Assembly (NCBI GenBank): GCA_050920985.1
Contig: JBPBQY010000044.1
Span: forward strand, 22,123-86,122
Reading direction: 5' to 3'
DNA: 64,000 nt
Origin: Janthinobacterium lividum
GTDB taxonomy: Bacteria; Pseudomonadota; Alphaproteobacteria; Rhizobiales; Beijerinckiaceae
Shown here: positions 48,685-58,549 of the stretch, in pieces
Numbering within the stretch: the first letter of the stretch is position 1
How the letters are laid out: each line of letters starts with the position of its first letter
Notes under the pieces: model-generated
Told to the model about the DNA's origin: nothing
What the model saw: only the letters and a program-made list of their open reading frames with translations
The model's database searches: none
Made by a program: the position numbers and the translations under genes

Positions 48685-48840
48685 ATGATTCACCGTCACG
48701 CCTGCCGCGTCCTGGCGCTGCTCATCGTCGCCTCGGCCCTGGCCGGCTGCGATAAGTGCGCCGATTATTTCATCGCCAATCCCTTCGCCACCAAGCCCGC
48801 CGCCACCTGCCCCTCCGGCGCCATCCCGGCCGCGAAGTAG
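48685..48840 (+). CDS. Small lipoprotein (51 aa; not in the ORF track)
   Basis: MIHRHACRVLALLIVASALAG-CDKCADY...AAK*; lipobox LAGC; AGGA upstream. Confidence 0.7.
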   Translation: MIHRHACRVLALLIVASALAGCDKCADYFIANPFATKPAATCPSGAIPAAK

Positions 48841-48927
48841 CCATCCTCCGCGCGGTTGACGAAAGGCCCGGCGTCGGCACAGTGCCGCCGACACGCCGGT
48901 GGGCCGGCTCAGCTTCGAGAACACGCC

Positions 48928-49875
48928 ATGGGTCTCACCGTCGCGGTCCAGATGGATCCCATCGACCGCATCAATATCGCGGGCGACTCTACCTTCGCGC
49001 TGCTGCTCGCCGCCCAGGCACGCGGCCACGGCCTGCTCTACTACACGCCGGAATCGCTGTCGCAGAAGGCCGGCAGCGTCTTCGCGCCGATGCGGCCGCT
49101 GAGCGTTCGGGACGAGGTGGGCAACCATTTCACCCTGGGCGAGCCGAAACACACCGACCTCGCCGAGGTCGACGTGGTGCTGCTGCGCCAGGATCCGCCC
49201 TTCGACCTCGCCTACATCACCTCGACGCATCTCCTCGAACGCGTCCACCCCAGGACCTTCGTGGTCAACGATCCGGCAGGCGTCCGCAACGCCCCGGAAA
49301 AGCTCTTCGTGCTCGACTTTCCGGAGTTGATGCCGCCGACGCTGATCTCGCGCGACCGCGCCGCCATCGAGGCGTTCCGCGCCGAGCACGGCGACATCGT
49401 GATGAAGCCGCTCTACGGCAACGGCGGCGCGGCCGTGTTCAAGGTGTCGCAACGCGATCCGAACTTCGGCTCGCTCTTCGACCTCTTCACGGCGACGTTC
49501 CGCGAGCCCTGGGTGGCGCAGCGCTTCCTGCCCAAGGTGACGGAAGGCGACAAGCGCATCATCCTGGTCGACGGTGTCCCGATGGGCGCCGTCAACCGGG
49601 TCCCGGCCGCCGACGACATCCGCTCCAACATGGTGCGGGGGGGCGCCGCGGGCGCCACCGACCTCTCGCCGCGCGAGCTCGAGATCTGCGCCGCGATCGG
49701 GCCCGAACTGCGCCGCCGCGGGCTGCTCTTCACTGGCATCGACGTCATCGACGGGCATCTCACCGAGATCAACGTGACGTCGCCGACCGGCCTGCGCGCC
49801 ATCAAGCGGCTCGGCGGGCCGGACCTCTCCGAGGCGATCTGGGATGCCATCGAGGGCAAGGTCGGGAAGGGCTGA
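48928..49875 (+). CDS. gshB: Glutathione synthetase
   Basis: [52 protein letters not shown]. Confidence 0.97.
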   Translation: MGLTVAVQMDPIDRINIAGDSTFALLLAAQARGHGLLYYTPESLSQKAGSVFAPMRPLSVRDEVGNHFTLGEPKHTDLAEVDVVLLRQDPPFDLAYITSTHLLERVHPRTFVVNDPAGVRNAPEKLFVLDFPELMPPTLISRDRAAIEAFRAEHGDIVMKPLYGNGGAAVFKVSQRDPNFGSLFDLFTATFREPWVAQRFLPKVTEGDKRIILVDGVPMGAVNRVPAADDIRSNMVRGGAAGATDLSPRELEICAAIGPELRRRGLLFTGIDVIDGHLTEINVTSPTGLRAIKRLGGPDLSEAIWDAIEGKVGKG

Positions 49876-50024
49876 GGGGCGACCGCCGGGAGGTGCGGCG
49901 TAGCTCAATCGCGATAGAGCGTCGCCCGAAGCTGTGCGACCTCTATCCGGAGTACCGAGGTGAGAGCATCGACGCCCGTCATAATCTCAGTCGGCGAGGG
50001 ACACGTTACCGGGCAGACCGGATC

Positions 50025-50261
50025 TCAATGGGAAAACAGCTTAAAGACAACGGCGACATTGGTGGCGAGAATGAAACCAAGCATCCATCGGTGTAAGATC
50101 TGCTCGCCTTTGACGCCGGCAATATCGAGCCTCAAATCCGTCACGGCCTTGGCGAGGTCTTCATCGCGCTTTCCGAAAACCGTGGCCGCTTTGAGCGCCT
50201 TGTCCTCCGCGGCACCGAGATCCCGGAAAGCCTCGTAGATCTCGCTTTGTATCGCGCTCAT
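50025..50261 (-). CDS. Small coiled-coil protein with C-terminal TM anchor (DUF1640/CCDC90-like)
   Basis: EIYEAF..LGA.E.KA..AA, heptads, L.RWMLG..LA..VAV..KL. Confidence 0.65.
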   Translation of the reverse strand: MSAIQSEIYEAFRDLGAAEDKALKAATVFGKRDEDLAKAVTDLRLDIAGVKGEQILHRWMLGFILATNVAVVFKLFSH

Positions 50262-50418
50262 CGTAGCGTCTCCTCGCTTGAAAGTAGCGCGTCCACTCGC
50301 AAGTTGCGACTCTTCTGTGTCGACCTCATGGAAACGTCGCCGACATTAGCCCTCCTTTCTCCCTCCACAGTCTGATGCCATTCCGGTCACGTCGGCACAG
50401 GGCCGGACAGGAGTTGCG

Positions 50419-51153
50419 GTGATGGTGGCGGCGCGTGATCCTCTCGTTCTCATCGTCGAGGACGATCCCGACATCAGCGCCCTGGTGGCCCGCTATCTCG
50501 GCGAGAACGGCTTCGACACCGAGATCGCGCGGGACGGCGTGGCCATGGATCGCCGCATGGAGGTCCGCCGGCCCGACCTCGTGGTGCTCGACATCAACCT
50601 GCCGGGCGAGGACGGGCTGTCGCTCTGCCTCCGCCTCCGCAATGCCGGCGGGCCGCCCGTCATCATGGTGACGGCCAAGGGCGAGGACGTCGACCGCATC
50701 CTCGGCCTCGAAATGGGCGCCGACGACTATCTGCCGAAACCCTTCAATCCGCGCGAGCTCTTGGCGCGGATCCGCGCCGTGCTGCGCCGTCATGCGGCTG
50801 GTGCCGGCGCCGCGGCGGTCCCGGGCCCCGCCCGCGTGCTGCGCTTCGCCGGCTGGACGGTGGATCGGGGCGCGCGGCGCCTCACCGATCCCGAGGGAGC
50901 CCGCGTGGCGCTGACCAGCGCCGAATTCGACCTCCTCTCGACCTTCTGCGATCATCCCGGCCGGGTGCTGTCGCGCGAGCGGCTGCTCGATCTGACGCAG
51001 GGCCCCGGCAGCATTTCGCAGGACCGTAGCGTCGATATCGTGGTCAGCCGCCTCCGTCTGAAGATCGAGAAGAACCCGCGCGAGCCGGACTTCGTCCAGA
51101 CCGTGCGCTCCAGCGGCTATATCTTTTCGCCCGCGGTCGAAGCCGCGCCGTGA
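50419..51153 (+). CDS. OmpR-family response regulator
   Basis: VEDD, LDINLPGEDG, MVTAK, GADDY.PKPFNPRELLARI, wHTH LT..EF.LL, RS.D..VSRLR.K.E. Confidence 0.95.
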   Translation: MMVAARDPLVLIVEDDPDISALVARYLGENGFDTEIARDGVAMDRRMEVRRPDLVVLDINLPGEDGLSLCLRLRNAGGPPVIMVTAKGEDVDRILGLEMGADDYLPKPFNPRELLARIRAVLRRHAAGAGAAAVPGPARVLRFAGWTVDRGARRLTDPEGARVALTSAEFDLLSTFCDHPGRVLSRERLLDLTQGPGSISQDRSVDIVVSRLRLKIEKNPREPDFVQTVRSSGYIFSPAVEAAP

Positions 51154-52385
51154 AGCGCCTGTTCCGTCTCCTGCCGGGCCGTATCGCCACGCAGCTCATT
51201 CTGCTCGTGGTCCTGTCGGCGGTCATCTTCCATTTCTGCATGAGCGGCGCCTTCCTGCTCAATCGCAACGGCTGGTTTCCGGCTCCGCACCCCGGCATGG
51301 TGGGACGTGTCCCTTACGCGTCGTCACTGGTCAAGCAGGCCGATCCCGCCGATCGCGATGCCGTGCTGCGTGCCCTGGAACGGGCCGACCCCGCTCTCGA
51401 CCTTCGTCGCGAGCCGGACGGTGTGCCGGTGCTGCCCGGCCGACGGGCCATCCTGCTGCCGGACGGAGCGACCCTCAGCGTCCACGACGAAGCCTTTCGG
51501 CGGAGCGGACCGGACCCGTCGGTCTTCGCCTTCGGAACGCTCATCTTCATCGCGCTCTCGACCACGCTCTTCGTCGTCTGGGCGGTGCGTGGCATCACGG
51601 CGCCGCTCGACCGCATGGCGACGGCGGTGGACGGTTTCGCCACCGATTCCTCGTCCTTGCGTGCGCCGCGGGCCCTGTCGGAATCCGGGCCGGTCGAGAT
51701 CGCCACCGTGGCGCGCGGCTTCAACCGCTTGCAGGCGCGCATCTCCCGCATGCTGACGGAACGCACCGGCATGTTGGCCGCCGTCAGCCACGACCTGCGC
51801 ACGCCCATCACCCGGCTGCGGCTGCGGGCCGAATTCGTCTCCGACACGGCGCTCCGCGACCTGATGCTGCGCGATCTCGGCCAGATGGATGCGCTGGTCC
51901 ACGCCGCCCTGTCGTTCATCCGCGACGGGGCGGTCGAACGGTCGCCGGCGCGGCTCGATCTCGCGACGCTGCTCCGCACCGTCTGCGACGAGGCGGCCGA
52001 CATGGGCCAACGCGCCCGCTATGCCGGGCCGGACCATCTCGTCATCCAAGGTCACGAGGACGAGCTGCGCCGCGCCGTCGGCAACCTCGTCGACAATGCG
52101 GCCCGGGTCGAGGCCGAGGCCGTGGTGGGGCTGATCCGGGAGGCGGACGGCACCGTGGCGGTCACGGTCAGCGACGACGGGCCGGGAATCCCGCCCGAGC
52201 GGCTCGACGACGTCATGCAGCCCTTCCGGCGCGGCACCGACGATTCGGCACGGCCGCAGCCGTCGGGCTTCGGCCTCGGCCTGCCCATCGTCCAGGCCAT
52301 CGTGACGGCGCATGGCGGCACGCTGACCTTGAGCAACCGCGAGCCGCATGGCCTGTGCTGCCGTATCGCCCTGCCGGCCAGCTGA
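51150..52385 (+). CDS. Sensor histidine kinase (2 TM, HAMP, HisKA, HATPase)
   Basis: SHDLRTP.TRL, NL.DNA, DDGPGI, G.GLGL; GTGA overlap with the regulator. Confidence 0.95.
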   Translation: MKRLFRLLPGRIATQLILLVVLSAVIFHFCMSGAFLLNRNGWFPAPHPGMVGRVPYASSLVKQADPADRDAVLRALERADPALDLRREPDGVPVLPGRRAILLPDGATLSVHDEAFRRSGPDPSVFAFGTLIFIALSTTLFVVWAVRGITAPLDRMATAVDGFATDSSSLRAPRALSESGPVEIATVARGFNRLQARISRMLTERTGMLAAVSHDLRTPITRLRLRAEFVSDTALRDLMLRDLGQMDALVHAALSFIRDGAVERSPARLDLATLLRTVCDEAADMGQRARYAGPDHLVIQGHEDELRRAVGNLVDNAARVEAEAVVGLIREADGTVAVTVSDDGPGIPPERLDDVMQPFRRGTDDSARPQPSGFGLGLPIVQAIVTAHGGTLTLSNREPHGLCCRIALPAS

Positions 52386-52505
52386 GCCGTCTGCGCCACC
52401 AGCCCGGCGAAGGACAGGCTCGTCATCCTGGCGCGAGCCCGCTATGGCAGAGATCACGCTGAACCTGGACACCGCCATGCCCCGACCCTGCCCGACGAAT
52501 CGCGC

Positions 52506-53693
52506 GTGACCTTCGGCATGGTGCACGTCCGCAGTCTGGCCTCCGCTGTCGCGATGCTGGCCCTGGCGTCGTCGCTCGGCGCCTGCGCCCTGGGATCGCG
52601 CGAGGACTTTACGCTCGCCGAACAGGCCGTGGCGGCGGTGCCGGGGTTCGGCGCCGTGCGGGTCTGGGGCGACGCGCCGGCACAGGAGATCGCCCGAGCG
52701 GTCCTGGGATCGGCGGCGCGGCCGAGCCCCGGCCACGACGTCAACGTCCTGGCCCTGTCGGGCGGCGGGGCAGGGGGCGCCTTCGCCTCCGGGCTCCTCG
52801 ACGGCTGGACGCGGCGCGGCGACCGCCCGAGCTTCGACGTCGTCACCGGCGTCTCGACGGGGGCTCTCATCGCGCCCTTCGCCTTCCTGGGCCCGGCCTA
52901 TGACGGCATCCTGGCCAGGCTCTACACGGGGGAGGGTGCCGGCGGCATCGTGGAGCCCGCCAACCTCATCGCCATCGCGACCGGCGACGGGCTGCTCGAC
53001 CCCGCCCCGCTGCGCCGCATGGTCGAGAGCTACGCGACGCCGGAACTGATCGCCGCGGTGGCGGCGGAACACCGGCGCGGTCGCCGTCTCCTCGTCGTCA
53101 CCACCAACCTCGATGCCCAGCGCCCCGTCGTGTGGAACATGGGCGCCATCGCGGCGAGCGGCCGGCCCGACGCTCCGGCCCTGTTCCGCGAGATCCTGGT
53201 CGCCTCCGCCAGCGTGCCGGCGGTGTTCCCGCCCGTGATGATCCATGCCGACGCCGGCAGCCACGCGCTCGAGGAGATGCATGTCGACGGCGTCGCCACG
53301 GCACAGATCTTCACCCGACCGGACGTCTTCGCCGGCGCCGGCGCCACACCGGGGCTGCGCCGCCGCGTCCATATCTGGGCCGTGGTCAACAATACGCTGC
53401 CGCCGGAATTCGCCGTCACCGCCAAGGGCACGCTGCCCATCGCCTACCGCTCGCTGTCGACGGTGTTCAAGGCCCAGACCTCGGCCGAGGTGACGGCGGC
53501 CTCCGAGATGGCGCATCGGCTCGGCGTCGATTTCGAGCTCGCCTATATCGACCATGCCGTGGCCTTCGACCCGACGACGCCCTTCGGGTCGAGCTACATG
53601 GACCGGGTCTATGCCATCGGCACCCGCGAGGGGCAGGATGGGAGCGTCTGGCGGCGTGACCTCGCCGGCCTGGGCACCCCCGCCAGGCCCTGA
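52506..53693 (+). CDS. Patatin-like phospholipase family lipoprotein
   Basis: Lipobox LGAC; LSGGGAGGAF, GVSTG nucleophile elbow, ASAS.P..FPP, HVDG. Confidence 0.9.
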   Translation: MTFGMVHVRSLASAVAMLALASSLGACALGSREDFTLAEQAVAAVPGFGAVRVWGDAPAQEIARAVLGSAARPSPGHDVNVLALSGGGAGGAFASGLLDGWTRRGDRPSFDVVTGVSTGALIAPFAFLGPAYDGILARLYTGEGAGGIVEPANLIAIATGDGLLDPAPLRRMVESYATPELIAAVAAEHRRGRRLLVVTTNLDAQRPVVWNMGAIAASGRPDAPALFREILVASASVPAVFPPVMIHADAGSHALEEMHVDGVATAQIFTRPDVFAGAGATPGLRRRVHIWAVVNNTLPPEFAVTAKGTLPIAYRSLSTVFKAQTSAEVTAASEMAHRLGVDFELAYIDHAVAFDPTTPFGSSYMDRVYAIGTREGQDGSVWRRDLAGLGTPARP

Positions 53694-53833
53694 CGACGCG
53701 GGAACGCTCGTCCGCGCGCAGCGGATGGACGAGATGTAATCCCTCGCCGTCTTGATGGATCGCGCCCGCGACGACACATTGAAGGTACTGAACCGGGCCC
53801 CTCTGGCGCCCCCTGACCTTGGTCGGTGGCGTG

Positions 53834-54490
53834 ATGTCGGATCAGTCTGTGCGAGACGTGGCGCGAGCCGCGTCGCCGTTCCGTCGGGGTCCGGATCCAT
53901 CCTCCCTCCCCACAGCGGCCTTCCTCGTGCAGCCCTTCCTCACCGGCCCGTGCCGATGGTTGCGCGGGCGTGTCGATCCTTTGGAGGTTCTCTTGGTCTA
54001 TCGCTCTCCCCGCCCGCCGTCCGATCTCGCCGCCGACGCGGCCGAGTTCCGCGAGCCCGCCTTCCGGGACGCGCTGATCGCGGGCGTGGCGATGGTGACC
54101 CATGCGGACGGCCACATGGCCTCGGCCGAGCGGAGCCGCTTCCTGTCGCTGATGGAAGAAGACCCGGCCCTCGCCACCTTCCCGCGCGACGGCGTCGTGG
54201 CCGAACTCGCCACGCACGAGGCGAACTACCGCTTCGATCCCGAAGTCGGGGCCGAGATGGCCCGCGAGAAGCTCGCCGGCATCGCGGGCCGCACGCGGCT
54301 CTGCGCGGCGCTGGTCCGCATCTGCCGCGCCATCATCCCGGCCGACGGCGTCATCCATCCCGCCGAGCACCGCGCCCTCGCCGAGATCCGCTCGGTGCTG
54401 GGGATAACAGCGCGTCCGGTGGTGTTCGGCGCCTACGGCAACTCCGCCTTCGTCACCGCCACGTCCCGCCGGACGGCGACGGGGTCGTAA
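53834..54490 (+). CDS. TerB-family (tellurite resistance/DjlA-like) protein
   Basis: Two ADG....E repeats (HADGHMASAER; PADGVIHPAEH..L.EI...LG). Confidence 0.8.
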   Translation: MSDQSVRDVARAASPFRRGPDPSSLPTAAFLVQPFLTGPCRWLRGRVDPLEVLLVYRSPRPPSDLAADAAEFREPAFRDALIAGVAMVTHADGHMASAERSRFLSLMEEDPALATFPRDGVVAELATHEANYRFDPEVGAEMAREKLAGIAGRTRLCAALVRICRAIIPADGVIHPAEHRALAEIRSVLGITARPVVFGAYGNSAFVTATSRRTATGS

Positions 54491-54579
54491 GACACCGAGG
54501 AGGGGCCGCACACCGCCATGTCTGTGGCAGTTGAAGGTACCGAACGGGTGAGCAGTACAGCCGGAAGCGCTGATCAGAC

Positions 54580-54628
54580 GGCTGGCGGGGGACCTGGATT
54601 CGAACCAAGCTTGACGGAGTCAGAGTCC
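54580..54628 (-). repeat. att site: degenerate 3' fragment of tRNA-Gln(CTG)
   Basis: Minus strand GGA-CTCTGAC-TCCGTCAAGCTTGGTTCGAATCCAGGTCCCCCGCCA; no 5' acceptor or D-arm upstream. Confidence 0.85.
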
Positions 54629-54973
54629 CCGTAAACGCACTGAATTCATTTGCCTTTTCTGTAGCCCGTGGTCTTTCGTTTACAGTCGCTCGCTGAACAT
54701 CGCTTCCGGCATGTAGCGCTGCGAACGCCAGTGGCCTCGGCATTGGCCCGGTCTCGGGGCCGGGCACCTCCGATAAGCCCCCTTCTCGGCGGTGAAAGTG
54801 ACTTGGTAGGCGCTTCTACGCCCGCCGGCTCCGCTTAGTCCTTCAAAGACCGCAGACATGCTTCGCGCTAACGCGTTGCTTTCGCTTGAGAAGAAGCGAG
54901 TGGGTCTCGGGCTAGGGGATAGCGAGATACCTATGAATGCCTGCTGTCGACAAAGGTGGTAGGTTTCACGCGA

Positions 54974-57900
54974 ATGAGCAAACAAAACCAAATTGCAGTG
55001 GGGATCGGTCCTTTGGCGAACACCGGCGAACTCGATTTCTATGACGCGGAGGCACTGCTCGACCGCCTTAGCACGGGACTTCAGAGCCAAGCACGTCAGG
55101 TCGTGTTTGTGGTCGGCTCAGGGCTGACTAATCCGGCCACTCCCGGCGGCCCCGGTGTTCCGGGGGTACAGGGTGTTATAGACCTGATTAGGGCCGAATT
55201 CACTGGCATTCAGTTGCAACAGCTTGAGGATACCTTGAGTACGTCTAGCAACGCGTACCAAGATGCCTTCAAGTTTCTCCTTGGGCGTAGAGGACCACAT
55301 ACAGCTAACGGCATAATAAAAAAGGCTGTAGCAAAGGCAAGGCGCATTTCAGTCGATGGCGATGGCGTCACTAAATACGAGATTAGTGCTTCGACCGATG
55401 ATGAAATTTGCAGATTATTCGACAATGACTCCTCTGGTTGGCTTTTAACGCCCGCGGTTGATGGCCTAGGCCGCATTGTTTCCGCCGAAAACAGCCCGTT
55501 CAACCGCATGGTGGTGACAACGAACTTCGATCCGCTGATTGGTGCAGCAATCGCGCGACATGGCGGCCATTCGTTCCGAACGTTTTTACACCGCGACGGC
55601 AGCTTAGGTCAGGCAGATGGATCTGGCACACACATCGTCCATCTGCATGGATACTGGTATGGATCCGACACGCTACATACTCCCCGACAGCTAGTTCAGC
55701 CTCGCCCGCAGCTAAAAGCTTCCTTGTCTCACCTTCTTCGCGGCAATATTTTTGTCGTCATGGCTTACAGTGGATGGGACGATGTTTTCACACGCACTCT
55801 CATGGACGTTGTTCTTGAAGACAGTTCGTTTCCTGAAATACTGTGGTGTTTTTACAATAAGAATCCTGAACCACGACAAGACCTGCTGAATATTCTGGGC
55901 CCCGGCATCGATCGGGGCAGCGTTATGCTTTATTCTGGAATAGATGTTCACGATTTTCTTCCCAGGCTAGGAGAACGGTGGGGCCTAGTAAAAGACGTAA
56001 GCGTCACAACGGCGGACCAGCCCGCAGCCTCTGAAGACGTAACCATCTCATCAGATAAGGCATCCGGCACAATCAGCGGAAGTACCCTTTCACTCCTACT
56101 GAGAGACATCGATCAAGACCGCCCTCCGCTTATTGAATTCCTAGTCGGACGCGACCAAGACCTCGAAGCTCTAGCTACATCTGCTTTTCGGGTCGGCTTT
56201 ATCACGGGGTTTGGAGGTCAAGGTAAATCGGCTTTAGCCGCTGCATATTTCAAAAGTGTTGAGGCAGCCTCAGCTTTTCCACTTCGGATTTGGCGCGACT
56301 GTCGGGAGCAGAGCGCACGATTTGAGGATCAGATTGTCGCAATCGTAAAAGCCTTAAGCAATGGAAGCGTAAGCGGCGCTGAATTGGCTCAACAGCCTAT
56401 TTCGGACTTGGCTGACCTTTTCGTCAAGCTCACAGAAGATGCCCCCATGTTGCTCGTCTTCGATAACATGGACCACTATGTCGACATAGAACGTCGCACA
56501 TTGACAGGTGATGCCGGTCGTTTCGTGGAAAGGTTCCTACACTCAGACTCGCTATCGCGGCTTGTTCTAACATGCCGTCCAACAATAAAGCAAAGCGATG
56601 AAGCAACGTTTTCCCGACATCTCGAAGGGTTAACACTGCCAGCTACCGAACGCTTGTTCGCTTTACGGAAAACGATGGCCGATTTAGCTAGCGTAGAACG
56701 TGCCCACGCCGCGACAAAGGGGCATTCGTTTTGGCTCGATCTTTTAGCAGCTCAGGTCGCCCGGAGAGCTCCTGAAGTCAAGTTGGATGATCTTTTGTCG
56801 TCGATTTCGGACGGCACAGGCGAGCTACCTGACGCAACGCTTCGCTCAATTTGGCGTTCCTTGCGGCCACGCGAACAGGTAACGCTGCAAGCGCTTGCAG
56901 AGGTACTAAGACCGACCACCCACCTTGAGCTGGCAGACTATGTTAGAAACAGCTTGCATTATAAGAACTTTAACAAAGCGGTCAAGCTTCTTAGAGACCT
57001 CAACCTTATCGTTGTAAAAACGAAGGATAATGAAGCGGAGACTTACGAACTCCATCCGCTCATTCGCGCATTTATCCAAAAGACTATACCTCGGATTGAA
57101 CGTACACCTTTCATATTAGCCATCCTCCAGAGTTATGCTGCATGGCTAGGCTCGCACAAAATACAGTTGAGCAAGCGGCCTGGGCCTGGGATCGTCCACC
57201 GATGGATCGAGGCTGCTGAGCTGTGCCTAAATGCGGATAAAAACGAAGAAGCTTTAGGGCATCTAAGTGAAATAGGCCGTGCTGTAAGACTGTCTGAGCC
57301 TCCGAACGAGTTCGTCAGAGTATCCCAACGCCTGTTCGATTCTTCCGATCTATCTAAGCTGAAGCTTTCGCGATCTTTCGATCGCGTGTACAATGCATAT
57401 CTACGGCTTCTCGTCCATCTTGGTCGAACAGAAAGCGCAGCGGAAGCTCTGCATATGTTCAGCTCAACCCTCGATGGTAAGGATACGCGTTATATATTGT
57501 ACTGCGATATGCAGTGTTATATGCATTGGGTAAACGGAGAGTATTCAGTGGCCATTCGCTGGGGCATGGAGGGAGAAGAGCTTCGATCTTCCGGGGTAGA
57601 TACTAAGTACTCCGCTGCTCATAATTTAGCGCTTGCTCAACGGGACGCAGGTGCTATCGAACCAGCGCTCAAGTATTTTCTACAAGGGGTGCCGCTGGCC
57701 GATGTAGTCGATCCGAATAAGATAGATAGGGACCTTGGCGGTGCTTTGTACGGCAATGTCGGTCGTTGCCTTCAACTAATGGGGCAAATCGACTCTGCAA
57801 TTTCTTGTTTCAAGAAATCTGCTAAGCTAATCGAAGACGAGAAGGACGATCTAGATTTCGAGAATCAAGCTTTCATTCGACAGTGGATTGGTGATCTACT

Positions 57901-58096
57901 TTTTGTGCGTGGAGATACGAAGACATCACGGCTGTTTATGGAAGCTGCAGTTGGCAAGTGGTCTATTATTTCTCCCCCAAGAGCCGAAAAACTTGTCGAA
58001 GCGATCCGTACACGCTTCGGTGAAGGTGAGATAAACCCCCATGATGCAGAACTCCAAGTTCTGATTTGGATCATGAAAGTAGATCTACCGAATTGA
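54974..58096 (+). CDS. SIR2-like + STAND (NB-ARC-like) NTPase + TPR protein; Avs/NLR-like antiphage candidate
   Basis: SIR2: VFVVGSGLT, TTNFD, HLHG, YSGWDD. NTPase: VGRD.DL, GFGGQGKS, LLVFDN.D, LTCR, GHSFWL, YELHPLIR. Helical repeat C terminus. Confidence 0.88.
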   Translation: MSKQNQIAVGIGPLANTGELDFYDAEALLDRLSTGLQSQARQVVFVVGSGLTNPATPGGPGVPGVQGVIDLIRAEFTGIQLQQLEDTLSTSSNAYQDAFKFLLGRRGPHTANGIIKKAVAKARRISVDGDGVTKYEISASTDDEICRLFDNDSSGWLLTPAVDGLGRIVSAENSPFNRMVVTTNFDPLIGAAIARHGGHSFRTFLHRDGSLGQADGSGTHIVHLHGYWYGSDTLHTPRQLVQPRPQLKASLSHLLRGNIFVVMAYSGWDDVFTRTLMDVVLEDSSFPEILWCFYNKNPEPRQDLLNILGPGIDRGSVMLYSGIDVHDFLPRLGERWGLVKDVSVTTADQPAASEDVTISSDKASGTISGSTLSLLLRDIDQDRPPLIEFLVGRDQDLEALATSAFRVGFITGFGGQGKSALAAAYFKSVEAASAFPLRIWRDCREQSARFEDQIVAIVKALSNGSVSGAELAQQPISDLADLFVKLTEDAPMLLVFDNMDHYVDIERRTLTGDAGRFVERFLHSDSLSRLVLTCRPTIKQSDEATFSRHLEGLTLPATERLFALRKTMADLASVERAHAATKGHSFWLDLLAAQVARRAPEVKLDDLLSSISDGTGELPDATLRSIWRSLRPREQVTLQALAEVLRPTTHLELADYVRNSLHYKNFNKAVKLLRDLNLIVVKTKDNEAETYELHPLIRAFIQKTIPRIERTPFILAILQSYAAWLGSHKIQLSKRPGPGIVHRWIEAAELCLNADKNEEALGHLSEIGRAVRLSEPPNEFVRVSQRLFDSSDLSKLKLSRSFDRVYNAYLRLLVHLGRTESAAEALHMFSSTLDGKDTRYILYCDMQCYMHWVNGEYSVAIRWGMEGEELRSSGVDTKYSAAHNLALAQRDAGAIEPALKYFLQGVPLADVVDPNKIDRDLGGALYGNVGRCLQLMGQIDSAISCFKKSAKLIEDEKDDLDFENQAFIRQWIGDLLFVRGDTKTSRLFMEAAVGKWSIISPPRAEKLVEAIRTRFGEGEINPHDAELQVLIWIMKVDLPN

Positions 58097-58549
58097 AGTT
58101 CCTCGGACCTTGTAAGTGGCTCTGCTTTCGCTCTGAAAATCGTCCTACGGTTCATGAGCGTCGTAGACGCGAGAGTGAAACAACGAGCAATCTGCCTTCA
58201 GTTTTGGTAGATTGGCTGAACACCGCTGTGCTCCCCCTTGGACGAGCTCTGAACTTGTGAGACGGAAGCTTCCGAGAAGGGCCACTTTCGGAAGCTGGCT
58301 GAGAGCCTGCCTCGAGTGGCGACCCGGGACTTGCTCTGGTCCACCTTGCAGTGCGTGTTCACGACCTGCTGCCCCTACGCGACCTGTGATCAACAGTGGC
58401 ACTCGTCCGTTGACGCGAGGTCGTAGGGCAAGCTCCTGTATTGTCTTGCTACTTCTCGCTAACCTGTAGCCTGCTTCCAAAATGCCGTAGTGGGCAGGGT
58501 CCCCCATGTGCTATCGATTAGTACAGGACGGGCAACTCTGGAAGCCACG

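Noticed and set aside
49894-49947. tRNA-like 5' end (GCGGCGTAGCTCAATCGCGATAGAGC)
   Set aside because: No T-arm or 7-nt anticodon loop follows; the sequence instead forms a hairpin (49913-49947) between convergent genes
51324-53900. 858-aa minus-strand ORF, and similar long shadow ORFs (19666-21804, 15268-17169, 42333-44000, 46023-47561, 5838-7301)
   Set aside because: Antisense or alternate-frame shadows of well-supported genes; expected at high GC; no motifs
54580-54628. Intact tRNA-Gln
   Set aside because: No 5' acceptor strand or D-arm upstream on the minus strand, and the acceptor 3' strand is one base short
54453-55090. Minus-strand ORFs at the islet's left end as an integrase remnant
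   Set aside because: No tyrosine recombinase motifs (RHR, LGH, Y) in any frame inspected
58145-58507. 120-aa minus-strand ORF as an antitoxin for the ART-like gene
   Set aside because: No macrodomain, NADAR or HTH features and no clear RBS; overlaps the likely promoter of the plus-strand gene
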